Positions 16,502-25,919 of a stretch of 64,000 nt of DNA are shown piece by piece (within the stretch, counting starts at the first letter, position 1; every line of letters starts with the position of its first letter). Origin of the DNA: an uncultured Gammaproteobacteria bacterium (lineage in GTDB: Bacteria > Patescibacteriota > Patescibacteriia > Magasanikbacterales > UBA922). A program made the translations under genes and the position numbers. The notes under the pieces are model-generated. The model saw nothing but the letters and a program-made list of their open reading frames with translations. It was not told the DNA's origin and made no database searches. Location: assembly GCA_964394405.1 (NCBI GenBank), contig CAYMVY010000002.1, forward strand, positions 92 to 64,091, in the 5' to 3' direction.

Positions 16502-16515
16502 AAAATATTTTTTAT

Positions 16516-17595
16516 ATGCAGAAGTTGGTTATACAGCTGGTGACTTGGAACGGAAAAAAGTATATTCCGTATTTGTTTGATTCACTCAGGAAGCAAACAT
16601 TTAAAGATTTTTATTTGTATATTTTGGACAATGGATCAACTGATGGAACTCCAGAAGCAATCGATAGAGAATTACAAAATTTTCAGTTTGAATATACGTT
16701 TGAAAGGAACGAGAAAAATATGGGATTTGCAGGAGGGCATAATCAGATATATAAAGTCGCAAGTCGCAAGTCGCAAGTCGAAAGTTTCGAATATATACTT
16801 TTGTTGAATCAAGATATATATCTTATACCCGATTGTATTGACAAAATGGTGAATTTTTTAGATGCAAATCAAAATGCATCTGCAGTAAGTCCGAGGCTTA
16901 TGCGGTGGAATTTTGAAGAAGTTCATGATGGTGTAGAGAAAAGTTTTAGTTTTTTTATTGATTCACTGGGACTCCGGGTTTTTCGCAATCGTCGTGTCAT
17001 TGAAAAATACGCAGGAAAAACCTGGGAAGAGAAAAAATCAAGACTGGAATTATCATTTCGCACGCATGACGACGCAATGGAAGTTTTTGGAGTTTCTGGA
17101 GCATTGCCCATGTTTCGACGCAGCTCGCTTGAAGTTGTGAGTTTTAGTGACGGAACTTTTTTTGATGAATGGTATCAATCGTATAAAGAAGATATTGATC
17201 TTGCATATCGATTGAGAATCGCTGGCTTTCAATCATTTGTGTTGCTTAATGCAGTCGCATACCATGATCGATCCGCTGTCGGATTAGAGAGAATGGGTGA
17301 TCGTATTGCAGCTCTGAATAAAAAGAAACAGTCAGTATGGGTCAAATATAATAGTTATAAGAATCATCTCGTGACTATTTATAAAAATGAGTATTGGCAG
17401 AATCTCATCCTTGATTTTTATCTTATTATATGGTATGAGTTGAAGAAGTTTTTGTATTATTTATTATTCGATCGCCCGGTACTCAAGGGTATTCTCGAGA
17501 TTTGGAGAGATAGAAAAAAACTTAAGTATATGAGAAAGGAGATTGTACATATGAGACGGGTTTCATGGAGAGAATTAAGAAAGTGGTGGAAATAG
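16516..17595 (+). CDS. Glycosyltransferase family 2 (rhamnosyltransferase-like) containing an in-frame heptanucleotide tandem repeat
   Basis: LVTWNGKKYIPY..DNGSTDGT..NMGFAGGHNQ...YILLLNQD. The 7-bp repeat lies at 16756-16783. Confidence 0.85.
   Translation: MQKLVIQLVTWNGKKYIPYLFDSLRKQTFKDFYLYILDNGSTDGTPEAIDRELQNFQFEYTFERNEKNMGFAGGHNQIYKVASRKSQVESFEYILLLNQDIYLIPDCIDKMVNFLDANQNASAVSPRLMRWNFEEVHDGVEKSFSFFIDSLGLRVFRNRRVIEKYAGKTWEEKKSRLELSFRTHDDAMEVFGVSGALPMFRRSSLEVVSFSDGTFFDEWYQSYKEDIDLAYRLRIAGFQSFVLLNAVAYHDRSAVGLERMGDRIAALNKKKQSVWVKYNSYKNHLVTIYKNEYWQNLILDFYLIIWYELKKFLYYLLFDRPVLKGILEIWRDRKKLKYMRKEIVHMRRVSWRELRKWWK
16756..16783 (+). repeat. Heptanucleotide tandem repeat (GTCGCAA)x3 + GTCGAAA inside the GT2 coding sequence
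   Basis: aagtcgcaagtcgcaagtcgcaagtcgaaag. 3x7=21 nt keeps the frame. It encodes a short insertion relative to paralogous GT2s in the window. Confidence 0.8.
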
Positions 17596-17598
17596 CGT

Positions 17599-18432
17599 AT
17601 GAAAGATATTGGGGTAGTTATCGTTAATTATAAAATGAAAGAACACATTGAAAAATGTCTTACTTCGTTATTTCCGCAGATTGCACGTTCAACTCTCAAT
17701 ATTAGCGTCGTCGTTGTGGACAATGCGTCAGACGATCACATTAATCTTTTTTTACTTGAACATTTTCCTCAGGTTACTTGTGTAATGCTTCAGAAAAATG
17801 AGGGTTTTGGGAAAGCACAAAACGTTGGTATGAGAAGTATGGAAGCAAAATATTATTTTATTCTTAATCCAGATACCGTATTTACTGAAAATGATCGAAC
17901 CCTCGAGCGTTTGTATCATTTTATGGAATCACGTCCCAAAGTCGGAATGGCTGGTCCTAAATTGCTTAATTCTGATGGATCTCTCCAGCATTCATGTTGG
18001 CGTTTTCCTACGTTTTGGCAACCTTTGTTTAGTCGAACTCGATTGGGTGAAAAGGGGAGGGGTAAAATGATCTCTGATCATTATTTTATGAAAGATTTTG
18101 ATCATGAGTCTACGCGTCCAGTCGATGCTCTGATGGGTTCTGCAATGTTTGTGCGAGGAGAAGCAATTAAGAATGTCGGTAGATTTGATGAACGTTTTTG
18201 GATGTATTTTGAAGATGTGGATTGGTGTATTCGGATGTGGGAAGCAGGTTGGTTTGTGTATTATATCCATGATATTGTGTTAAAACATAGACATGGACGA
18301 GGTTCGGCTAAGGTTCCTGGAATTTTTCGAGCATTTTTCAAAAATAAACTTGCACGAGTACATTTTTTTAGTTGGATAAAGTATTTTTTGAAGTGGCGAG
18401 ATATACATCCGTATTACACCAGTAAATTTTAA
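17599..18432 (+). CDS. Glycosyltransferase family 2
   Basis: VVIVNYKMKEH..VVVVDNASDD..NEGFGKAQNVG..YFILNPD. Confidence 0.85.
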   Translation: MKDIGVVIVNYKMKEHIEKCLTSLFPQIARSTLNISVVVVDNASDDHINLFLLEHFPQVTCVMLQKNEGFGKAQNVGMRSMEAKYYFILNPDTVFTENDRTLERLYHFMESRPKVGMAGPKLLNSDGSLQHSCWRFPTFWQPLFSRTRLGEKGRGKMISDHYFMKDFDHESTRPVDALMGSAMFVRGEAIKNVGRFDERFWMYFEDVDWCIRMWEAGWFVYYIHDIVLKHRHGRGSAKVPGIFRAFFKNKLARVHFFSWIKYFLKWRDIHPYYTSKF

Positions 18433-18440
18433 CCTCTCGT

Positions 18441-19547
18441 ATGGATCAACTTAAACCAAAAATCGGTATTGTGTACCTACTGTATTATCATAATGAGACA
18501 TATATTGATGATATGGTTTCTTCTTTGCGGAAAATTACGTATCCCAAAGATAGGATTGAACTTATTATTGTTGCTAATCCACATGCTGACGAGGGTTCTT
18601 TTGTTCACTATATTGAATCAGCTGTTATGCCCCTTTCGGGCAATGAAATTCCGCATACCACAATACTCCCTCAGGAAAAGAATCTTGGGTTTGGTATAGG
18701 GAATAATGTAGGAACAAAATGGGCAATTGAACATGGGTGCGACTATGTATTTTTTCATAATAACGATGGTTTTTTGGCGACCAATGCATTTGAGCCACTA
18801 GTCGAAGCTTTTGCTTCGGACCCACAGATTGGCGCTGCACAGTCGCTTGTATTGCTCCATCCGGAGACTAATTTGCTCAATAGCGCGGGAAATTCCTTTC
18901 ACTATCTTGGTTTTGGGTTTTGCGATCAATATCGAGTGGATATTAAAAATGTATCATTTCCCCCAATTAAAGATGTAGATTATGCGAGTGGTGCCGCACT
19001 CATGGTTCGTTCTGATTTGATTAAAAAGTATGGTGGATGGGACACGGACTTTTTTATGTATCACGAAGATTTAGAGTGGGCATTTCGGTTGAGGATTCGT
19101 GGGTATAGGACTATTCTCGTCCGTGATTCGATTTTTTATCATAAATATCAATTTGGTAGAAGTATTGAAAAGTTTTTTTGGATGGAAAGAAATCGGCATG
19201 CAATCATGCTTATGTTTTTCAAAATTCCAACCCTCATTTTCCTTCTTCCCATGGGAATTATACTTGAAATTGGGTTGTGGTTTTTTACAATCAAAAATAA
19301 ATATGTCTCAAAACGGGTTGAAGTTTACAAGTATTGGCTTACTTGGAAAAATTGGAAGCTATGGCTCGAGAAGCGAAAAAAAATGCAATCTGAACGGGTT
19401 ATTTCTGATCGCCAACTATTGAAATATTCAGTTCCTGAAATCAAATTTCAAGAAACTGGGATACATAACCCTTTGCTTGTCTACATTGGTAATCCGATTA
19501 TGAAATTGTACTACTGGATTGTAGTTAAGGGTTTGATTTGGTGGTAA
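18441..19547 (+). CDS. Glycosyltransferase family 2 with C-terminal membrane segment
   Basis: IVYLLYYHNE..NLGFGIGNNVG..DYVFFHNND, with a hydrophobic C-terminal region. Confidence 0.8.
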   Translation: MDQLKPKIGIVYLLYYHNETYIDDMVSSLRKITYPKDRIELIIVANPHADEGSFVHYIESAVMPLSGNEIPHTTILPQEKNLGFGIGNNVGTKWAIEHGCDYVFFHNNDGFLATNAFEPLVEAFASDPQIGAAQSLVLLHPETNLLNSAGNSFHYLGFGFCDQYRVDIKNVSFPPIKDVDYASGAALMVRSDLIKKYGGWDTDFFMYHEDLEWAFRLRIRGYRTILVRDSIFYHKYQFGRSIEKFFWMERNRHAIMLMFFKIPTLIFLLPMGIILEIGLWFFTIKNKYVSKRVEVYKYWLTWKNWKLWLEKRKKMQSERVISDRQLLKYSVPEIKFQETGIHNPLLVYIGNPIMKLYYWIVVKGLIWW

Positions 19548-19592
19548 TTCCCGCGTGATACATAGCACATATCAAAATTACAAAAGAAATTT

Positions 19593-20678
19593 ATGCGAAT
19601 AAGAAAAGCGATTTTAACAGGTGGTGGACGTGCAACACGATTGCAACCCATCACTACAACTATCAACAAACATCTTCTTCCACTTGCAAATAAGCCGATG
19701 ATTTTTCATGCAATAGAAAAAGCAGTGGAGGCAGGGGTAGTTGAAATTTTTATTAATACCAATCCTGGGGATACTGAGTTGCAACGAGTGATTGGTGACG
19801 GGGGGCATTGGGGAGTCAATATAACATTTTTTGAACAGACCGGAGGGCCCCAAGGGATTGCGCATGTGGTGAATGAAGCGCGTAATTTTATTGGAGACGA
19901 CCCCTTTATGTTTTACCTTTCAGATAATGTGGTTTTGGGGGATCTCAAGGGATTTTTTGATGAATTTTCTATGGGCAATTATGATTGCATGCTTGCGCTT
20001 TCGGCTGTCTCTGATCCCGAGCGTTTTGGAGTACCTATATTTAATGAAAAGAAAGAACTGATTGATGTAATTGAGAAGCCGAGTAATCCTCAGAACAATT
20101 TTGCAGTGACGGGCATGTACCTCTATGGTCCGCGGGTATTTTTTGATGCGTTTGAACATATTGAAAAAAGTCCCCGCGGAGAATATGAGATTTCGAGTAT
20201 TCATTCATATTTTTTGAAACAGGGAAAGCGTGTCGGGTACAAAGAAATTACCGGGTGGTGGAAAGATACGGGGAAAATGGATGACCTGTTGATTGCCAAT
20301 CGTCTGTTACTTGATAAAACTGACAAGGATTTTTTTGTCTACCCGCGTGAGCTCGTGAAAGATGCAGTGCTTTCTGGCGATGTGCATATTGGCAATGGCA
20401 CGCAAATTGGGAAGAATGTAATTCTCAAAGGGCCAGTGGTTGTTGCTGAAAATGTATTGTTAGAAAATTGCGTGATTGGCCCACATGTGACTATAGGCTC
20501 AGGGTCTGAGATCAGAGACGCACGTATTGATGATTCAATTATCCTCGATAATTCTACGATTATTGCAGACATGCATATTACCCGTAGTATCATTGGTAAA
20601 CATGTCCGATTGACAAAAAAGAGTACTGACGGTGGTCGATCAATGATTATTGGAGACAAAACAAATGTAGAGTTGTAG
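19593..20678 (+). CDS. Sugar-1-phosphate nucleotidyltransferase (RmlA/G1P thymidylyltransferase-like) with C-terminal left-handed beta-helix
   Basis: AILTGGGRATRLQPITTTINKHLLPLANKPMI N-terminal NTP-transferase motif. C-terminal hexapeptide repeats (IGNGTQIGKNV...). Confidence 0.75.
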   Translation: MRIRKAILTGGGRATRLQPITTTINKHLLPLANKPMIFHAIEKAVEAGVVEIFINTNPGDTELQRVIGDGGHWGVNITFFEQTGGPQGIAHVVNEARNFIGDDPFMFYLSDNVVLGDLKGFFDEFSMGNYDCMLALSAVSDPERFGVPIFNEKKELIDVIEKPSNPQNNFAVTGMYLYGPRVFFDAFEHIEKSPRGEYEISSIHSYFLKQGKRVGYKEITGWWKDTGKMDDLLIANRLLLDKTDKDFFVYPRELVKDAVLSGDVHIGNGTQIGKNVILKGPVVVAENVLLENCVIGPHVTIGSGSEIRDARIDDSIILDNSTIIADMHITRSIIGKHVRLTKKSTDGGRSMIIGDKTNVEL

Positions 20679-20686
20679 AGAATTTT

Positions 20687-22027
20687 TTAATACTCTATCG
20701 AGTACACCCCTCGATGACCTGCAAAGACGCCAGAAAAATATACGATACGCTTGGTCGTGTTTACTGACACAAATGTGTATGTCTCAAGCGGAATGAGAGA
20801 ATGTCTCACATAATACCCCGGGTTGAATGCTGCGAGTTCTTTCTCTGTTGCAAGTAATATCACTCCGCTTGTGTCGAGCAGTGTGATATTTTGTATTTTA
20901 TCTCCACTTCGATTCAATAAACTTACACCACCATCTGGATATACACTCGAGAGTTCCCATTCAGACCATATCAGCCACTCCTGAGTTCTTCGATTATAGT
21001 GGGTACGCGTTCCATTGATAGTTTGAATTGACTCAATTCCCTCATTGTTTAGCGCTACTACCATTGTCTTATCGCCATGAGTGGCGATGATGCGGGAATT
21101 ATTTATGTGTATGATTGAGTCAACATGATCAGGAAGTGAAAATATCTTTCCATTGTTTTGATTTTTAATTGTCGAGCCTTCGGCTTCCCAGATGCTTCCC
21201 TCGTCATCACGGTACCATAATGTTCCTGAAGTTGTACCTATCTGTCTTTCGGTTCTTGAGGGATATAGAATACTTATGTTTTTTCCTTCTTTTTTGTATA
21301 GAGGCTCAGTTGTATTGGTTGCGTTCCATGAGAGTTCTGCATTTTTTTCAATTGAGGTGATGGTTGTATTTTCTGGATTGGCAAGGGAGATGAGATATAG
21401 GGTATCTTCAGTTGCACCCCGTATGCGACTGTATCCGAGAGAGAGGTAAGGTGAGACCTCGACCTGGGGCATCTCAGCGTGTGGAGTTCGGTAAATTAAT
21501 GTATCTTCATTATTTACTGTATTCAACACGTGAAGTTCATAAAATTCATTTATTTTTTTTAGAATAAGTAGTGTGTCATTATATCCATGCACCGATACAA
21601 TATCTTCAGTCCAATCAAGTATGCGAATAGGTAGTGCATCTTTGATCAGGGTGACTCCTTTGATATAGGTGGTGTTATTACTCTCGATTACAATATCACG
21701 CTCCCATGTTTTGTATCCAGGGCGTTCAATCTTCAGAGCATAGGTGCCAGGCGCGCGATTCGACAATCGTATTGGAATTTCTTTTTCAATAGGTATGTTA
21801 TTCAACATGACGTGTACATCTTGCGGCTCCACATCCACACTCAATACCCCTGTCTGCTTGATTTGATTGGTTTCAAAATCATACCGATATCCCGCAGTGT
21901 ATAGAATTATGGAAGGACAGATAACAAAAAAGGCAATCCATAGTGTTATCATAAGCGCTCGTCGCACTGGACGAGTCACCAGGTGACCTACATAGTATGT
22001 TTTTGGCCTCGTAACCATAGATTGCAA
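20687..22027 (-). CDS. Membrane-anchored PEGA-domain protein with C-terminal beta-rich domain
   Basis: N-terminal TM helix. PEGA-like segment APGTYALKIERPGYKTWERDIVI. Confidence 0.55.
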   Translation of the reverse strand: MQSMVTRPKTYYVGHLVTRPVRRALMITLWIAFFVICPSIILYTAGYRYDFETNQIKQTGVLSVDVEPQDVHVMLNNIPIEKEIPIRLSNRAPGTYALKIERPGYKTWERDIVIESNNTTYIKGVTLIKDALPIRILDWTEDIVSVHGYNDTLLILKKINEFYELHVLNTVNNEDTLIYRTPHAEMPQVEVSPYLSLGYSRIRGATEDTLYLISLANPENTTITSIEKNAELSWNATNTTEPLYKKEGKNISILYPSRTERQIGTTSGTLWYRDDEGSIWEAEGSTIKNQNNGKIFSLPDHVDSIIHINNSRIIATHGDKTMVVALNNEGIESIQTINGTRTHYNRRTQEWLIWSEWELSSVYPDGGVSLLNRSGDKIQNITLLDTSGVILLATEKELAAFNPGYYVRHSLIPLETYTFVSVNTTKRIVYFSGVFAGHRGVYSIEY

Positions 22028-22080
22028 ATAGGTAGTTATTTTGATATGATTATAAGCGAAATTTCATACTATTTCAATCT

Positions 22081-23388
22081 ATGGCGACTTATATCATCAA
22101 AGGCGGAAAGAAACTCAAGGGTTCTATTGCGGTTGGTACTGCAAAGAATTCTGCCTTGGGATTGCTTTCTGCAGCAGTAATGCTCAAAGGAAAAGTGACT
22201 TTTCGCGACATGCCTCGGATTGAGGAGGTGTATCGATTTATTGAAATCTTGCAGAGTATCAATGTATCGTGCGAGTGGACTGCGGATCACACGCTAGTTA
22301 TCGATAGTTCAAAAAAATTGAATTTGGATACGCTTGATAAACAAGCATCAATGAAAATTCGATCTTCATTACTTTTGCTCGGATCGCTTGCTTCAGTTGT
22401 TCCCTCATATCGATTGTATCGATCAGGTGGTTGTAAACTCGGAGAGCGTACGGTGCGTCCACATCTCTATGCGCTTGAGAAATTTGGCGTCAAGATCGAG
22501 ACTACTAATGAACAATATCAAGTAACCAATCAAAAATTGCGCGCTGCGTATGTGGTCATGTATGAAGCAGGGGATACGCCGACTGAAAATGCGATTATGG
22601 CTGCTGCACGCGCAGAAGGAATTACTACTATCAAATTTGCTTCGGCAAATTACATGGTTCAGGATTTGTGTTATTTTTTGGTCAAAGCAGGTGTCAAAAT
22701 TTCAGGTATTGGTACACAGACTCTCACTATTGAGGGGGTGAAAAAATTGAAATCAGATTTTGAATATCATGTAATGCCAGATCCAGTTGAAGCTATGGCA
22801 TTTATTGCAACGGCGATTACTACACATTCTCCCCTTACTATAGAAAATTGTCCGATTGATTTTCTTGAGCTTGAGCTTGAAAAACTCTCGGTCATGGGGC
22901 AACGCTACTCCGTCACCAAAGAGCGGGTATCGAAAAATGGAAAATTTCGAATTGTTGATATTACTATCACACCTTCTGAATTGACTGCATTGCCTGACAA
23001 AATTCATGGCTTGCCTTTTCCAGGAATTAATATTGATAATGTTCCTTTTTTTGTTCCCATTGCTACTCAAGCAAAAGGGCGGACGCTCATCCATGACTGG
23101 ATGTGGGAAAATAGGAGTGTGTATTACCTGGAATTCCAGAAAATTGGAGGAAAAATTACGTTGCTTGACCCACATCGCGTCTTTGTCGAAGGTCCTACCA
23201 AGCTTACAGGTCGCAAAGGCGAAATAGTCGCTCCTGATGGAATTCGTCCAGCTATGGCGCTTTTGATCGGAATGCTCGCTGCTAAGGGCGTTTCGCAGCT
23301 ACAGGATATTTATGTAATCGAGCGGGGATATGAGGATTTGGAATCGAGACTTCGATCGATCGGAGCTGATATTACGCGTACAGAATGA
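22081..23388 (+). CDS. murA: UDP-N-acetylglucosamine 1-carboxyvinyltransferase
   Basis: EPT-family fold. MATYIIKGGKKLKGSIAVGTAKNSALGLL. Length 435 aa. Confidence 0.9.
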   Translation: MATYIIKGGKKLKGSIAVGTAKNSALGLLSAAVMLKGKVTFRDMPRIEEVYRFIEILQSINVSCEWTADHTLVIDSSKKLNLDTLDKQASMKIRSSLLLLGSLASVVPSYRLYRSGGCKLGERTVRPHLYALEKFGVKIETTNEQYQVTNQKLRAAYVVMYEAGDTPTENAIMAAARAEGITTIKFASANYMVQDLCYFLVKAGVKISGIGTQTLTIEGVKKLKSDFEYHVMPDPVEAMAFIATAITTHSPLTIENCPIDFLELELEKLSVMGQRYSVTKERVSKNGKFRIVDITITPSELTALPDKIHGLPFPGINIDNVPFFVPIATQAKGRTLIHDWMWENRSVYYLEFQKIGGKITLLDPHRVFVEGPTKLTGRKGEIVAPDGIRPAMALLIGMLAAKGVSQLQDIYVIERGYEDLESRLRSIGADITRTE

Positions 23389-23397
23389 AATTAATAT

Positions 23398-23522
23398 ATT
23401 TTTAACGCAAAACTCAAATGTCAAAACGAAAAACTATAACTAAAAATTTAAAACTAACATACGATGTATAAAGTTTTAGATTTGAGTTATAGTTTTGAAC
23501 TTTGAGTTTTCAGTTTTGACTC
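23398..23522. repeat. ~125-bp palindromic dispersed element (AAACTCAAA / TTTGAGTTATAGTTT family), copy 1
   Basis: The left arm aaaactcaaatgtcaaaacgaaaaactataact mirrors the right arm agttatagttttgaactttgagttttcagttttg. Related copies lie at 33298-33402, 56599-56696 and 60096-60155. Confidence 0.7.
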
Positions 23523-23528
23523 TTATCT

Positions 23529-24797
23529 ATGGAATTAAACCAACCGACACGAAAGGAAAAATTTTTACGATTTGCATTAACCGGGGCGCTCATCCTGGGT
23601 GTTTTTGTTTCCGGAGTACTCACGGGAACTTCATATGGAATGCGAGCACTGCTTCGGGGGAATAGTGTATCTGCGATTACAAATGTGACTAATTTGTTTT
23701 CACACTCTGATACTACCAATGTTTCTTTTGATCAATTCTGGGAAGTGTGGAAAAAAGTGCAAGAGAAGTACGTGTATAAGCCAGTCACTAGTACAGATTT
23801 GTTCTATGGCTCAATGGTCGGAATGGTTGCTGCGCTCAAAGATCCGTACTCGGTATATATGCCTCCGGTCAAGGCAGAAGAATTCAAGCGTGATTTATCT
23901 GGCGAGTTCTTTGGTATTGGAGCTGAGATTGGTCTCAAGGAGACTCGAGTGACTATCATTGCTCCACTACCCGATTCTCCTGCTGAGAAGGCTGGTCTCA
24001 AGGCACAGGATGTTATCATCATGGTTGATGGAACAGATATTGCAGGAAAACCATTGGATGAGGTTATCAGTCTGATTCGAGGGCCAAAAGATACTGTCGT
24101 CACATTGACTGTGGTAAAGCAGGGGTCACAAACACCCAAAGAAATCAAGATTACTCGCGGTGTTATTACAGTTCCTACGGTAACATGGAATGTCAAAGAT
24201 GGATCGATTGTATATATGCGTATTAGCTACTTTAATGACACTACCTGGAATGAATTTGATAAAGCAGCTCGAGAAATCGTTGCGAAAAAACCCAAAGGTA
24301 TTGTACTCGATTTGCGGAGCAATCCAGGTGGGTATCTCGATACCTCGGTCAAAGTTGCGAGTGAATGGGTCACGAGCGGAGTTATCGTATATGAGAAAAT
24401 GAATGATGGATTCAGAGATCAGTATACTGCTGATGCTGGGAAGCATCGATTTGTGGGTATTCCGACTGTGATATTGGTCGATGAAGGTACTGCGTCAGGC
24501 TCAGAGATTGTGTCCGGAGCTCTCCAGGACTATGGAGTCGCGACACTTGTTGGTACAAAGACCTTTGGAAAAGGCTCGGTGCAGGATTTTGAATATTTTC
24601 CTGATGGATCTGCATTGAAATTGACGATTGCTGAATGGCTCACGCCTCATGAACGCCAGATCAATAAAGTAGGAATTGAACCTGATGAAACAATTGAAAA
24701 GATGTTTGTACAAAAAGAAGGAACTGATGGCACCTCACCAGATCATTTTGTTGATAAAGGTCTTGAACGTGCACTTGAATTATTACAGAAAAAATAA
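23529..24797 (+). CDS. Carboxyl-terminal processing protease (S41, CtpA/Prc-like) with PDZ domain
   Basis: PDZ segment GIGAEIGLK...PAEKAGLKAQDVIIMVDG. S41 catalytic region LDLRSNPGGYL. Confidence 0.85.
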   Translation: MELNQPTRKEKFLRFALTGALILGVFVSGVLTGTSYGMRALLRGNSVSAITNVTNLFSHSDTTNVSFDQFWEVWKKVQEKYVYKPVTSTDLFYGSMVGMVAALKDPYSVYMPPVKAEEFKRDLSGEFFGIGAEIGLKETRVTIIAPLPDSPAEKAGLKAQDVIIMVDGTDIAGKPLDEVISLIRGPKDTVVTLTVVKQGSQTPKEIKITRGVITVPTVTWNVKDGSIVYMRISYFNDTTWNEFDKAAREIVAKKPKGIVLDLRSNPGGYLDTSVKVASEWVTSGVIVYEKMNDGFRDQYTADAGKHRFVGIPTVILVDEGTASGSEIVSGALQDYGVATLVGTKTFGKGSVQDFEYFPDGSALKLTIAEWLTPHERQINKVGIEPDETIEKMFVQKEGTDGTSPDHFVDKGLERALELLQKK

Positions 24798-24810
24798 GCT
24801 CACTTCTTCT

Positions 24811-25164
24811 ATGCTTCATATTTCAGGAATTGTAGTTGAGGGAGAGAAGCGAGGGCGCGTCTTGGGATTTCCTACTGCGAATCTTGAGTTTAAGAAGCGT
24901 CTACATATCAGCCCAGGTATCTATGCCGGGTGGGTGATTGTGGGAAAGAAGAAGTACCTGGCAGGTCTCTATATTCCAGAGCCTATGAATCGAGTTGAAG
25001 CGCATGTGCTCGATTATACCGGTGAGTCACTGTATGGGGTGTTTATTGAAGTTGAAGCAGTACAGAAAGTGAGTGAGATCGAGAAGCATGATTCTGATGA
25101 GGAATTAGTTAAGAAAATTAAGAGTGATATTGAGATGGTGAGGGAGGTGTTGGGGAAGTCATAA
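24811..25164 (+). CDS. Riboflavin kinase domain protein (RibF C-terminal-like)
   Basis: GEKRGRVLGFPTANL motif. Internal ATG at 24811 chosen, because the tracked start overlaps ctpA. Confidence 0.7.
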   Translation: MLHISGIVVEGEKRGRVLGFPTANLEFKKRLHISPGIYAGWVIVGKKKYLAGLYIPEPMNRVEAHVLDYTGESLYGVFIEVEAVQKVSEIEKHDSDEELVKKIKSDIEMVREVLGKS

Positions 25165-25191
25165 AGTCCATAAAGTCGAAAGTCAGAAAGT

Positions 25192-25217
25192 AAAAATTCA
25201 CCGAGAGGTGAATTTTT
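25192..25217. terminator. Rho-independent terminator (ATTCACC-GAGA-GGTGAAT + T-run)
   Basis: aaaaattcaccgagaggtgaattttt. Confidence 0.8.
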
Positions 25218-25311
25218 GGTACTATTGACAAAAATTATAAAAAGGTGTAGTGTGATTTGTTTCGTGCTGGAAAAACACTATTCGTACTTTGTGGTACAAA
25301 GGATTGGATAC

Positions 25312-25821
25312 ATGAAGCGGCCTATTCCTAGTTTTCCTCCTGTGAATGGTGAGATGCTAATGCCCTGTGAACCGGATGAACTCCCAGATGATCTGCAGGG
25401 TGCATTACCGGATCCCTGTCAGGAGACTGCTGCACATACGTTCCTTCGTAACTCCCGTAACAAGGGTTGTTGGGTTGGTATGAGTGGGTCTGATTTTTTG
25501 GACCATCTTAACAGCTTTAGCAACCAGCGTATCTGGAAGTTCGTGTCCAAGAAGAAGTGGTATCAGTGGCTGTGCCGATCCAAGATCCATCCCCTGACTG
25601 TTCGCTGGGAACATCGGGGGGAAGGTCTGAATTATTCGGGTACTGACACCGATACGCTGTACGAGACGGACTTCTTTAGAGTCGGAATACACCGACTCAT
25701 CGAGTCACAAATGGTATTGCTCGTGCCAGGCAAGAAACCGGAAGCAACGATGATATTCCCGACGCCGCTTCTGGTCTCGACCCTCATGAAGCACCAAGCT
25801 CGCCAGCAAGTTCGCTCGTGA
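25312..25821 (+). CDS. Hypothetical protein in a high-GC islet with SD (AAGGA N8 ATG)
   Basis: GC clearly elevated. Followed by a GC-rich 15-bp-stem hairpin (25832-25867) lacking a U-tract. No family recognised. Confidence 0.5.
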   Translation: MKRPIPSFPPVNGEMLMPCEPDELPDDLQGALPDPCQETAAHTFLRNSRNKGCWVGMSGSDFLDHLNSFSNQRIWKFVSKKKWYQWLCRSKIHPLTVRWEHRGEGLNYSGTDTDTLYETDFFRVGIHRLIESQMVLLVPGKKPEATMIFPTPLLVSTLMKHQARQQVRS

Positions 25822-25919
25822 GCACGAAGCCGAGTCCGGGCGCACGACCAAGGTCGTCCCCGGACTCGCGCTGAATAACAAAAAACCGCGATGAAGCGGA
25901 TTTTTTATTTTGTTTTAAA

